A stretch of 64,000 nucleotides of DNA. Origin: Spirochaetales bacterium (GTDB taxonomy: Bacteria; Spirochaetota; Spirochaetia; SZUA-6). The notes beneath the pieces are model-generated. The model had not been told where the DNA came from. It saw nothing but the letters and a program-made list of their open reading frames with translations, and did no database searches. Position numbers and translations under genes: made by a program. Below are positions 19,807 to 28,667 of the stretch, one piece after another. Position 1 is the stretch's first letter; every line of letters starts with the position of its first letter. The stretch lies in contig JALUUM010000040.1 in assembly GCA_027021365.1 (NCBI GenBank), positions 23,928-87,927 on the forward strand. Reading direction: 5' to 3'.

Positions 19807-20742
19807 ATGGAGCTTACAGCGAATCAAATAGAGAGGCTGATAGAAATCATACAGCAGTATGAAGTCATCTACGGAGGTGGAATAAGCTCCAAGGACGCAA
19901 GGGTCAGGGAAGAGTGTGATTCGCTTATCAGGATACTTGAAAAATTAAAGAAATCCGCACAGGGAAAGAAAACTTCCGGGGCAAGAACAGAGACAGCTGC
20001 GGTAGCTAAGGCAGCAAAAGAAAAAAAGGACAGTGCATCGGCCAAAACAAAAAAGGCCAGAAAAGCCAGAAGCGTGACCTCCCCGCCCAATACATCCGCA
20101 GCTACTGCATCTGCCCCTGAGGAATCAAAAGAAGAGGAGATTCCGGAACTCACACGCATAAAACCCACTATAGAAAGGCACCGAAAGAAAAAGATACAGG
20201 CAATACAACTCTTTACCGCTTACGAAAGGGGAAGACTTCCCAAATACGGCGGTTACATAGTTTCATCCAACTTTCAACCGGAATCCAAATACTCAATATT
20301 CGAAATAGCCGGTTACGACAACGTTCAGGAGATAAGGCTGGAGGGCAATACACTCGTTTTCAAATCGGCAGGATGCAAACTCTACACCCTGATAGAGCCG
20401 GCCAACTACCATTTAAAGAATGTGGAACCGGTACAGAGGGAAAGCGGAAAGAGCATACCATACAGGTTCTCCGAGCTTTTCACTCTTACTACGAAGAAAC
20501 ACGAAACGATATACATAGGCAAGAAACCTATAGTTACCTACTCTTCATTCACAATAGTGAAGCCGGAGAAAAACGACTTTGCCATACTATTCTACAACGT
20601 ACCGGATGTATTTGAGAACATACAGGATTTCCTTGCCTCTGTATTCTACCAGGGTGCAGGCATACCCAAGCGCGATGCATCGAAAGCGGCCAAAATAACG
20701 GTACAGGGAATAAAGAATTTCAATACATGGCTCGATCTCTGA
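19807..20742 (+). CDS. Hypothetical protein with a Lys/Ala-rich (histone H1-like) low-complexity region
   Basis: Starts MELTANQIERL. It has an AKAAKEKKDSASAKTKKARKAR stretch followed by a roughly 200 aa globular C-terminal domain. The track's longer ORF from 18979 is antisense to argJ and was rejected. Confidence 0.5.
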   Translation: MELTANQIERLIEIIQQYEVIYGGGISSKDARVREECDSLIRILEKLKKSAQGKKTSGARTETAAVAKAAKEKKDSASAKTKKARKARSVTSPPNTSAATASAPEESKEEEIPELTRIKPTIERHRKKKIQAIQLFTAYERGRLPKYGGYIVSSNFQPESKYSIFEIAGYDNVQEIRLEGNTLVFKSAGCKLYTLIEPANYHLKNVEPVQRESGKSIPYRFSELFTLTTKKHETIYIGKKPIVTYSSFTIVKPEKNDFAILFYNVPDVFENIQDFLASVFYQGAGIPKRDASKAAKITVQGIKNFNTWLDL

Positions 20743-20787
20743 GAGCCGATTTCCATAACAAAACATCAACAATTTTAGGAGGAGCTT

Positions 20788-21996
20788 ATGAGTTACGATC
20801 TTCTTATCAAAAACGCCAGAACGAGAAAGTCTGGCAAGAAACTCACCGACATTGCTATCAGTGGCGGAAAGATAGCAAAGATAGCCGAAGGCATCGGAGA
20901 GTCGGCAACAAAGACGATCGATGCGGGAGGAAAGCTTGTTACGGAATCCTTTGTAAACGGACACCTTCACCTCTGTAAGGTATATACACTTACCATGGTC
21001 GGGGAGGATGCCCTTACCTCGTATCAGGGCGGTTCCATGGGCAAGGCTATGACGGCAATTGAACTGGCATCCAGAGTAAAGGAAAGGTATGACGAGAGCT
21101 GGATCATAGAAAACGTAAGAAAGGCTGCTCGCCTGGCAGTAAAGAACGGAGTTACCCATATAAGGGCTTTTGCGGATACCGATACAAAAGCCAAGCTTGA
21201 GGGTGTCAAGGCTCTCATAAAGGCAAGAGAGGAGTTCAAGGATTCGGTTGAACTGCAGGTTGTAGCCTTTCCCCAGGACGGTGTTGTTCGAGACCCGGGT
21301 GCGGAAGACTATGTCCGTGAGGCAATGAAACTCGGCGCCGATGTCGTGGGCGGAATCCCATGGATCGAATACACCGATGCCGATGCGCAGGAGCATATAG
21401 ACAGGATGTTTGCCATTGCCAAGGAATTCAACAAGGATGTATCCATGTTGATAGATGACGCGGGTGACCCTGGTCTTAGAACCCTGGAGATGCTTGCAGT
21501 AAAAACTATCAAGGAAGGGTGGGAAGGACGTGTGATGGTACATCACGCCCGAGCCATGGAACTATACGCTGAGCCGTACTTCAGAAAGATAGTAGCCCTC
21601 CTAAAGAAGGGAAGAATCGGTATCGTAAGCGATCCGCAGACAGGGCCCCTGCATGCACGGGTCAGGGACCTATACGATGAAGGGGTAAAGATTGCTCTTG
21701 GACAGGATGACATCGCAGATGCTTACTATCCCTTCGGAAGAAACAACATGCTCGAAGTTGCATTTCTTGCCGCTCATCTGCTCTGGATGACGACCTTCGA
21801 AGAGATGGAAATTCTTTACGATCTGATCACTACAAATGCCGCAGAGGCAATGGCAATTAAAAATTTCGAGATGAAAGAGGGAAATCCGGCAAATCTGGTA
21901 GTACTCAATGCAGAAACTGTGTGGGAAGCATTAACAGAACACGATGTACCGTTACACGTTATAAAGGATGGCAAAGAGGTTACCCTCGAATCTTGA
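20788..21996 (+). CDS. Amidohydrolase-superfamily deaminase (cytosine-deaminase-like)
   Basis: Metal-binding NGHLHL near the N-terminus, later HHA and D ligands, and a strong TTAGGAGG RBS. Confidence 0.8.
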   Translation: MSYDLLIKNARTRKSGKKLTDIAISGGKIAKIAEGIGESATKTIDAGGKLVTESFVNGHLHLCKVYTLTMVGEDALTSYQGGSMGKAMTAIELASRVKERYDESWIIENVRKAARLAVKNGVTHIRAFADTDTKAKLEGVKALIKAREEFKDSVELQVVAFPQDGVVRDPGAEDYVREAMKLGADVVGGIPWIEYTDADAQEHIDRMFAIAKEFNKDVSMLIDDAGDPGLRTLEMLAVKTIKEGWEGRVMVHHARAMELYAEPYFRKIVALLKKGRIGIVSDPQTGPLHARVRDLYDEGVKIALGQDDIADAYYPFGRNNMLEVAFLAAHLLWMTTFEEMEILYDLITTNAAEAMAIKNFEMKEGNPANLVVLNAETVWEALTEHDVPLHVIKDGKEVTLES

Positions 21997-22036
21997 TATT
22001 TATTGGCAATTACGGCTGCACTTACTTTATTTACAG

Positions 22037-22078
22037 AAGGGGCATCTTCCCGTAAAACGGAGGATTGCCCCGTTTTTT
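22037..22078 (+). terminator. Probable intrinsic terminator between convergent genes
   Basis: A GGGGCA...TGCCCC stem is followed by a T8 run immediately after the amidohydrolase stop. Confidence 0.45.
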
Positions 22079-22092
22079 TAACCTTTTCAACT

Positions 22093-22404
22093 TCAACTGT
22101 CTTCTATCGGAATGATCTGGTCGAGGTGTATCTCCGCAAACTGATCCTTCAGGGAATCAGAAATTCCCTTTATCTTCATCTTTCCACCCAGTTTGTCAAA
22201 ATGCTTGAAGAATCGTAAGAGTTTTCCAATGCCTGCACTCGTTATCGAAGGAACTTCGCTCAAGTCGAATTCTGCATATTTTACCGATTCATCCGATGCT
22301 ATCTCCATGAACTTGTTTGTGAGTTCGGAACCACCTTCGGTATCTATAGCTCCAGTTATCTTGAAGTATACGGTGTCATCCTCAATTACAATGTCAATAT
22401 CCAT
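22093..22404 (-). CDS. STAS-domain protein (anti-sigma-factor antagonist-like)
   Basis: 103 aa. The SpoIIAA-like pattern includes the conserved SITSAGIGKL stretch carrying the Ser phosphoacceptor. Confidence 0.8.
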   Translation of the reverse strand: MDIDIVIEDDTVYFKITGAIDTEGGSELTNKFMEIASDESVKYAEFDLSEVPSITSAGIGKLLRFFKHFDKLGGKMKIKGISDSLKDQFAEIHLDQIIPIEDS

Positions 22405-22431
22405 TTTTCATTCTCCTTAAATATCGTGATG

Positions 22432-23253
22432 TCATGGTGCTTTATGCTCGAATTCTGTTTCACTCAACCACAGAGATATGGCGTTGAAAACCTGCTCTCG
22501 TCTCTTCTCGGCAAATATATCGTGAAGCATCCTTGGGAAAGTCACAAGCTTTTTCCTCTTACATTCCACTTTCTCGTAGAATCTCTCCACTGCATTGACA
22601 TCAGCTATCTTGTCAAATTCTCCGTGAAGGAAGAGGAGTTTTGAACTTTTAAGCTTTTCGAGGTTTTCCTCCACTTTTCTGTTAGACTCATCGATCTTTA
22701 CAAGTAAACGCTTCGTTATCTTCTTTACTATCAATTCGTCCTCAGTAAGCCTTTCCACCCTTCCCTGGTCGGTAACAAAATCTTCCAGTGTCACATCTAC
22801 CGGACTTTCCTCGTCCTTTATGGCACTGTCGATAAGCGGTGAAGAGAGTAGAAGTGATGCAAGTATCGTTCTAACAGGATTCTCCGGATATCGAAGGGGA
22901 TAGGCAAGTGCCACACTGGCACCGAGGGAATGACCGAGAAAGATTATTTCCCGGTATCCCTCCCTTCCCTTTACCATTCTGCGGAAAGCTTCCAGATCAT
23001 CCACGTACAGTGAAAAGTCATCGATATCTCCGCGCTCTCCCGGACTCCTGCCGAAACCCTTTAAATCAATTGCATAAACCTTGTAACCCTTGTTCACCAT
23101 GGCAGGAATCAAGAACGGGTAAGCTCCTCCATGATAACACAGCCCGTGAATCAGAATGATTATCTTGTTGTAACTCTTGCTCGATTCTTCCCAGTACTGG
23201 TAGGAAAGTTTTTCTCCCTTATGGTTGAGAAAACTCGTCACTATATGATTCAA
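22432..23253 (-). CDS. Alpha/beta hydrolase (lysophospholipase/esterase-like)
   Basis: HGLCYHGG oxyanion region, GHSLGASVA nucleophile elbow and a C-terminal His (MLHDIF). Confidence 0.8.
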   Translation of the reverse strand: MNHIVTSFLNHKGEKLSYQYWEESSKSYNKIIILIHGLCYHGGAYPFLIPAMVNKGYKVYAIDLKGFGRSPGERGDIDDFSLYVDDLEAFRRMVKGREGYREIIFLGHSLGASVALAYPLRYPENPVRTILASLLLSSPLIDSAIKDEESPVDVTLEDFVTDQGRVERLTEDELIVKKITKRLLVKIDESNRKVEENLEKLKSSKLLFLHGEFDKIADVNAVERFYEKVECKRKKLVTFPRMLHDIFAEKRREQVFNAISLWLSETEFEHKAP

Positions 23254-23264
23254 GGGGAACCTCC

Positions 23265-23573
23265 TTATTTATTTATCGGGAAGATTCTATCCAAGTGTAT
23301 TTCCATGAACTGTTTGTAGAGATTATCTGATATGCCCTTTATTTCAAAGGTACCCCCCTTTGAATCCATGAATTTGTAGAAATTCATCAGCTTTCCGATA
23401 CCGGAGGATGTAATTGTTTTTACAGTGGTCATGTCACAGATTACATGCATCACATCGTCCATTTCCATAATCTCCTGGATCTTCACCGACAATGCATGCC
23501 CTCCGTCAGTATCTATGTTACCATCGATTATCATTTTTACAGTGTCACCGGATTTTTCGAGATCAATATCCAT
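23265..23573 (-). CDS. STAS-domain protein (second paralog)
   Basis: 102 aa, collinear with the 22093..22404 product (TITSSGIGKLMNFYKFMDSKGG). Confidence 0.8.
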   Translation of the reverse strand: MDIDLEKSGDTVKMIIDGNIDTDGGHALSVKIQEIMEMDDVMHVICDMTTVKTITSSGIGKLMNFYKFMDSKGGTFEIKGISDNLYKQFMEIHLDRIFPINK

Positions 23574-23598
23574 GTTTTTCCTCCTAATACTAGTATTA

Positions 23599-24687
23599 CT
23601 ATTCTGTTGATTCCTCTAAAATTATCGCCTTCTTTACTTCTCCGAGCAGCTTTGAAAGTCTATCGATTATCTCCGCCCGTATGTTGAACAGGACCTGTTT
23701 GTAGGCTCTTTTCTTACCCTGTTCAACCTTTCTCGGATTGAAATGTGATTCGAACTCCTCCTCGTCGGGTCTTATTGTGAGGGGTTGTGTCACCAAGTCT
23801 CCGTCTATCCTGCTTGGGAATATCGATACTATCTCCTCCATGCCCAGTCCCTTCACTACATTCTCCGGAAGATTCTCCGAGAGGAACTTCGATCTGCCCT
23901 CCTCACTTAAGCCCTTTAGCTCGAGTTTCACATAGGCATAGTACCTGCCGTACGGATTGTTCTCGTCCCTGGGATACTCACCGTCAGTTGCTATGGAGAA
24001 TTCATAGAATGATTCTTCTCCCTTGTCAACAAGACTGTTCCAAAGCTCTGCATACAGAGCCACCTTCTCATATGAATCACCCGGGACGAGATACATGTCA
24101 CCACATACCTCTATCAGTTTCCCGCCTGTATCCGCCACGTAAAGGGTATTCCAATCGTACCGGTTAAGGATTTTCTCCTGCTCTTCCCTGATTCCCGACA
24201 GTACCACATGAGGCACCTCCTCCTTTGCCATTTTTTCAGCATAACTCCTCCTGAAGTCGGAGTAGTAGGAGGGGTAATCCTCATCCTCCGGCCTTATCTT
24301 GAGGTCTTCGGTTACCTGTCTTCCCTTTATCGTTCCGGGAAAATACTTGATAAGTTTATCCCTGCCAAACTTTTCCGCCAGCGGGGCAAGAGCCTTGAGC
24401 AGGTTTTCCTCCTTCTCTTCGGCACTCTGCCCCTTCAGTTCGAACCTGAGGTAAGCATAGTATCTACCATGATCGGCAATGTCCTCATCGTGCATCCCAT
24501 CATGAGCTACCGTCTTTTCGTAGAGGGAAAGAATATCTATCCCCTTCAGAGCCTGATACAGTTCCTCGAGCTCTCTGATTTCTTCAATGGCTTCTTTCGG
24601 TCCATAGTACGTTCTATCATCGATGACTACACCATCATCGAAATCGATATTTTCGAGGAGTTTAGAGTAACGTTCAATCCTTGTCAC
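23599..24687 (-). CDS. Hypothetical acidic protein with an internal tandem duplication
   Basis: Two roughly 75 aa repeats (RYYAYLRFELKGQSAEEKEE...IRPEDEDY and RYYAYVKLELKGLSEEGRSK...IRPDEEEF). Confidence 0.55.
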   Translation of the reverse strand: MTRIERYSKLLENIDFDDGVVIDDRTYYGPKEAIEEIRELEELYQALKGIDILSLYEKTVAHDGMHDEDIADHGRYYAYLRFELKGQSAEEKEENLLKALAPLAEKFGRDKLIKYFPGTIKGRQVTEDLKIRPEDEDYPSYYSDFRRSYAEKMAKEEVPHVVLSGIREEQEKILNRYDWNTLYVADTGGKLIEVCGDMYLVPGDSYEKVALYAELWNSLVDKGEESFYEFSIATDGEYPRDENNPYGRYYAYVKLELKGLSEEGRSKFLSENLPENVVKGLGMEEIVSIFPSRIDGDLVTQPLTIRPDEEEFESHFNPRKVEQGKKRAYKQVLFNIRAEIIDRLSKLLGEVKKAIILEESTE

Positions 24688-24690
24688 TTA

Positions 24691-25419
24691 TCAACCCTTC
24701 GCTTTTTCTTTGTCTCTTTTTAGCTTTTCTTTAAGAGGAACACGCTTTCTTGGTGCCACCTCTTTTTCATGGTAACTTGCCTTTACGAGAAGGACGGGCG
24801 GAATCACGTCTTCCATTCTCTTCTTGTCGTCGAAGAAGGCATTCCTTATAGCAGATGCATGAATGGCAACCTCTTCCATATCCGGATCTGTCCCTACGCC
24901 TTCAAGCTGGGATATCTTGTCCAGTATATCGAGGATGGTTCTATTCAGGGCATCATCCTGTCCCTTCTCCTTGTCCAGATGTTTACCAAGGGCATTGAGA
25001 TCCGAAATGGAAAGCGGGTAAATTCTGTATCCATCCCTCGGCGAACTGTAGTTTGATTGCAGTACTCCGAGTATAACGGATAGATTCTTGGGATATATAC
25101 CACCTTTATGCCACTTCGTCATCATCCCGAATATCTTTCCCACTATGTATCTGTTCGGCTGAACCGGTGACAACAGGAGAAAAGGATCCTTGTCACCTAT
25201 CAGGGCATCTATCACCCAGTGATTCTCAATTTCAAGCATACGTAGGAATACGGGGTAATTCTCCGGCGTCAAACCTACCGTATTCAGGAATGCAGCATAG
25301 GTCATTGCGGCTTCAACTGCTTCATAGGTTCGACAACCCATGATACCCTGAAGAAGCCTGTTCTCTATTTCCGCTATCTGTTCGGGTGTCCATGTTTCTT
25401 GTGCTATTAATTCATCCAT
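24691..25419 (-). CDS. Hypothetical protein, tandem paralog 1
   Basis: Shares a conserved core with the next gene (ENHWVIDALIGDKDPFLLLSPVQPNRY...GGIYP...SNYSSPRDGYRIYPL...LGKHLDKEKGQ). Confidence 0.6.
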   Translation of the reverse strand: MDELIAQETWTPEQIAEIENRLLQGIMGCRTYEAVEAAMTYAAFLNTVGLTPENYPVFLRMLEIENHWVIDALIGDKDPFLLLSPVQPNRYIVGKIFGMMTKWHKGGIYPKNLSVILGVLQSNYSSPRDGYRIYPLSISDLNALGKHLDKEKGQDDALNRTILDILDKISQLEGVGTDPDMEEVAIHASAIRNAFFDDKKRMEDVIPPVLLVKASYHEKEVAPRKRVPLKEKLKRDKEKAKG

Positions 25420-25450
25420 ATTTCATCTCCTTCTTTCTTGATTTGATTGA

Positions 25451-26170
25451 TTAGTCGTGCCTGTGAGTAACATCAATGTCTTCCTCGAATACAAAGCGTG
25501 GAGGAACCTCTTCCTTAAGGTAATCACCGCGCACGAGGAGGACCTGAGGTATACAATCTTCCAGTTTCTTCGTGTTGTCGAAAAAGTTGCTTCTGATTCT
25601 TATAGCCTGTCTTGCAACCTCTTCCATTGATTCATCCCATCCCAGACCCTGCAACGAACCAATCCTGTCGAGGATATCGAGGATACATCTGTTTTGCGGA
25701 TAGTTCTGCCCCTTCTCCTTCTCAAGATGTTTTCCCAGGTTGTCCACGTCTGCCACGTTCAATGGATATATCTTGTATCCATCCTTGGGTGAACTATATG
25801 CACTCTGAAGCACACCCAGAGCAATCGACAGTGTGTTGGGATATATCCCGCCCGGATGCCAGCGTGTCAACAACTTGAAACAGGTAGAAATCACATACCT
25901 GTTTGGCTGGATGGTCGAAAGCAAGAGAAAGGGATCTTCATCCCCTATCAAGGCATCGAGCACCCAATGGTTCTCCACTTCAAGCATCTTCAGGAAAAGC
26001 GGGTAATTATCCGAATTCAACCCCGACAACCTTAGAAACCTTGCATAGCTTATTGCTGCTTCCACAGCCTCGGGAGTCCGTGCAGCTATAATCTGCTGAA
26101 GAATCCTGTTCTCAACAGCTCTGATAGATTCACGGCTCCACAGTTTCGCTTGTTCTTCTAGCTTTCCCAT
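25451..26170 (-). CDS. Hypothetical protein, tandem paralog 2
   Basis: ENHWVLDALIGDEDPFLLLSTIQPNRY...GGIYP...SAYSSPKDGYKIYPL...LGKHLEKEKGQ. Roughly half-identical to paralog 1 by eye. Confidence 0.6.
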   Translation of the reverse strand: MGKLEEQAKLWSRESIRAVENRILQQIIAARTPEAVEAAISYARFLRLSGLNSDNYPLFLKMLEVENHWVLDALIGDEDPFLLLSTIQPNRYVISTCFKLLTRWHPGGIYPNTLSIALGVLQSAYSSPKDGYKIYPLNVADVDNLGKHLEKEKGQNYPQNRCILDILDRIGSLQGLGWDESMEEVARQAIRIRSNFFDNTKKLEDCIPQVLLVRGDYLKEEVPPRFVFEEDIDVTHRHD

Positions 26171-26178
26171 ATCTCCTC

Positions 26179-26424
26179 CTATTTCTTACTCTTTTTTTTG
26201 GATTTTTCCTTGCCCGTCTTCAAGACGGAAAGAGACTCTTCCATTTTTTTATCGAAGGGAGTGAGTTCCGGTTTGAGCGGACCTATCTCCCCCTCGATTT
26301 TATCCTTTATCTTTTTTACAGCCTCCATCCTGTTCCTCTCGGCCTGAGTCGCACCTGATATCTCTCCCAGATATCTGTTCACGGCCTGAAGGACGATTTT
26401 CAATTCCTTCTCTGTAAATTCCAT
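26179..26424 (-). CDS. Small coiled-coil protein with a Lys-rich tail
   Basis: 81 aa ORF placed tightly between the kinase and paralog genes. Confidence 0.4.
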   Translation of the reverse strand: MEFTEKELKIVLQAVNRYLGEISGATQAERNRMEAVKKIKDKIEGEIGPLKPELTPFDKKMEESLSVLKTGKEKSKKKSKK

Positions 26425-26440
26425 TCTGACCTCCTTGTTA

Positions 26441-27340
26441 TCAATTTCTTCTTTTTGTTAGCGTAATGACAGTGCCATTGTCATTGTATTCGATCCTATC
26501 AAAGGCTCTCTTTATAAGGGTGAAACCCTTTCCAGAAACATCCATCACTTCTTCTTTATCCACTGAGTCATGTTCAAGGTAATCTTTCACAAGTGAAGTA
26601 TCAAATCCAGGGCCTTCATCCTTTATTGAGAGAGAAGCGCCCTCACCATCGATACAAAGATCTATATGGATTTTTCTGCTTGCAAACCTCTCATCTTTCA
26701 GACGCTCTTCTTTCAGTATTTCATACCTGTCCTCTTCAAGGATATCCTTTGGACGCAGAGAAGAATCCAGCTCCAGATTCCCATGCTCTATTGAATTCAC
26801 CAAAGCCTCTTCCAGGGCAAGAGCAGCATTTTCTTCCTCTGTAATAGAACTGTATATCCCTGAGTTCCTAAGCAGTTTCGCCAGGTACCTGCAAACACCG
26901 GAAACTGCAATATCCGATGTTTTCCACTCGAAATGCATCTTTGAAACCTTAAGCCCACCGAAAATCCTCGACTCCGCACTGATCAACTTTAGGTTTTCCC
27001 TTATCCTGCTGAAGACCTTTACTATCTCTTCTTCTAATGCCGGAATGAAAAAAGGGATTATGTCATCTATCATCATAACGGAGAAAGCAACCTTCCTGTT
27101 GTCCAGGGGCAGACCAACCGCATAGAAATGTTCGGGAACCTCGGTTTTAAGGCGCTTCAATAGCCTTATATCCTCTTTCGAATCGATGCAGAGAAAAACG
27201 ACTGCACTTTTACCAAGTGAAGTTATTCTTTCAAAGGGGTTTTCATCCACACGAATAACATTGGCACCTTTCTTGGATAATGCCTCGGCAATCGTATCCG
27301 TGTCTCTCTCCGTAAAACCAAGGGTATAGACTAAATTCAT
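26441..27340 (-). CDS. RsbW/SpoIIAB-like HATPase_c serine kinase with an N-terminal receiver-like domain
   Basis: C-terminal N-box and G-box motifs (ALVNSIEHGN...SIKDEGPGFD...GKGFTLI). The N-terminal roughly 130 aa has an alpha/beta receiver-like pattern. Preferred start is MNLVYTLGF at 27340. Confidence 0.7.
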   Translation of the reverse strand: MNLVYTLGFTERDTDTIAEALSKKGANVIRVDENPFERITSLGKSAVVFLCIDSKEDIRLLKRLKTEVPEHFYAVGLPLDNRKVAFSVMMIDDIIPFFIPALEEEIVKVFSRIRENLKLISAESRIFGGLKVSKMHFEWKTSDIAVSGVCRYLAKLLRNSGIYSSITEEENAALALEEALVNSIEHGNLELDSSLRPKDILEEDRYEILKEERLKDERFASRKIHIDLCIDGEGASLSIKDEGPGFDTSLVKDYLEHDSVDKEEVMDVSGKGFTLIKRAFDRIEYNDNGTVITLTKRRN

Positions 27341-27431
27341 AGTATATTTTCCTAATAAATATATTATTAATAACAAATCAATATGCAAGATTTTTTTTCA
27401 TATTTAATCTTTTTAAGCCGATTAGTAGAAC

Positions 27432-28205
27432 ATGAGGGGGTATGAGCCAAAAATTCTCTGTGTTGCCCAGCAGAAAGGCGGGGTCTGCAAGACAACTTCT
27501 GTTCTCTCACTATCTGCAGCATGGGCAATGGAAGGGAAAAAGGTACTAATGCTCGATACTGATCCACAGGCAAATCTTACAAGAAACATCCTTGATTATG
27601 AAAAGGTTAAAAAGGACATATCTCTCCTCTACAGGGGTGAAGCTGATATAAAAAAATTGATTACAAAGACACCCTACGATAATCTGTACATCATACCGAC
27701 GAGAACAAAACTGAACAGGGTAGAAAATCTCGAGAGAACCCTCTCTACCTTCAACACATTAAGAAAGAACATCCCCTTGATTGCAAAACGGTACCGTTAC
27801 ATCGTTATCGATACACCCCCTTCACTCGGCCTCTTTACAATATCAGCCCTTCTCGCTGCAACACATGTTCTTGTTCCCGTACAGCCTACCTTCTTCTGCC
27901 AGGAAGGGCTCGGTGATTTGAATGAAACCATAAGAGACGCAAGGGAAAGTAACCCGAACCTGAAGAGCGTGAGATATTTTATTACTCTCTACGACAGGAG
28001 AACAATTATAAGTCAGGACCTTGCTGCTGTTCTTCGGCAACAACTTGGTGACAAGGTATTCAAAACGGTTATACATAAAAACATAGCGGTAGAAGAGAGC
28101 CAATATGCACAAAAGACGATATTCGACTATGCACCAAAATCGAGAGGAGCAAACGATTTCAAAGCACTTGCAAAGGAAGTGGAAGAATGGCTAGAAAACG
28201 CCTGA
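27432..28205 (+). CDS. ParA/MinD-family P-loop ATPase
   Basis: Deviant Walker A KGGVCKTT and the MLDTDPQANLT motif. Confidence 0.85.
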   Translation: MRGYEPKILCVAQQKGGVCKTTSVLSLSAAWAMEGKKVLMLDTDPQANLTRNILDYEKVKKDISLLYRGEADIKKLITKTPYDNLYIIPTRTKLNRVENLERTLSTFNTLRKNIPLIAKRYRYIVIDTPPSLGLFTISALLAATHVLVPVQPTFFCQEGLGDLNETIRDARESNPNLKSVRYFITLYDRRTIISQDLAAVLRQQLGDKVFKTVIHKNIAVEESQYAQKTIFDYAPKSRGANDFKALAKEVEEWLENA

Positions 28206-28633
28206 TAAAAGGCCCAAATGCAGAAAGAGTGGAAAAGAGAATTGCAGATGCGCCGGAGGATATCACGGAGACCAGTATCTTCAAGGTTCTGAAAGAAATA
28301 GAGGAAAAGAGCAAAAAGACGAATAAAAAACAAAAAACAACCGAAGGGAATCAAAGCGAGAAAGTTTCCCGAAAAACAAAGAAGCGCAAGAAGAGTGAGG
28401 CAACACCTTCCCATGAGAATCTACCGGAGACAGCCATAATACAGGAAAAGCAGGCAACCGAAACAGAAGAGACCAGAACTTCATTACGTAAAGCGATAAA
28501 ATTTACGAAGGCTGAAAGGGAAATAATAAGAAAGTCATGCATCAGTTACAAAAACACTCTTCCCATCTATCTCAAGGCCTTTCAGAACGAGGTAAAGATA
28601 ATCGATAACGTCCTAAAAAAACTGAAGAGATAA
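28187..28633 (+). CDS. Small Lys-rich basic protein overlapping the 3' end of parA
   Basis: The 19 nt overlap implies translational coupling. The KKTNKKQKTT...RKTKKRKK low-complexity stretch is followed by a helical C-terminus. Confidence 0.45.
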   Translation: MARKRLIKGPNAERVEKRIADAPEDITETSIFKVLKEIEEKSKKTNKKQKTTEGNQSEKVSRKTKKRKKSEATPSHENLPETAIIQEKQATETEETRTSLRKAIKFTKAEREIIRKSCISYKNTLPIYLKAFQNEVKIIDNVLKKLKR

Positions 28634-28667
28634 AATTCTACAACCACACCACCCGGGCATTCAAGTC

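Noticed and set aside
20587-21546. 319 aa minus-strand ORF
   Set aside because: It is antisense within the well-supported amidohydrolase gene, has no motifs, and is an AT-skewed shadow ORF.
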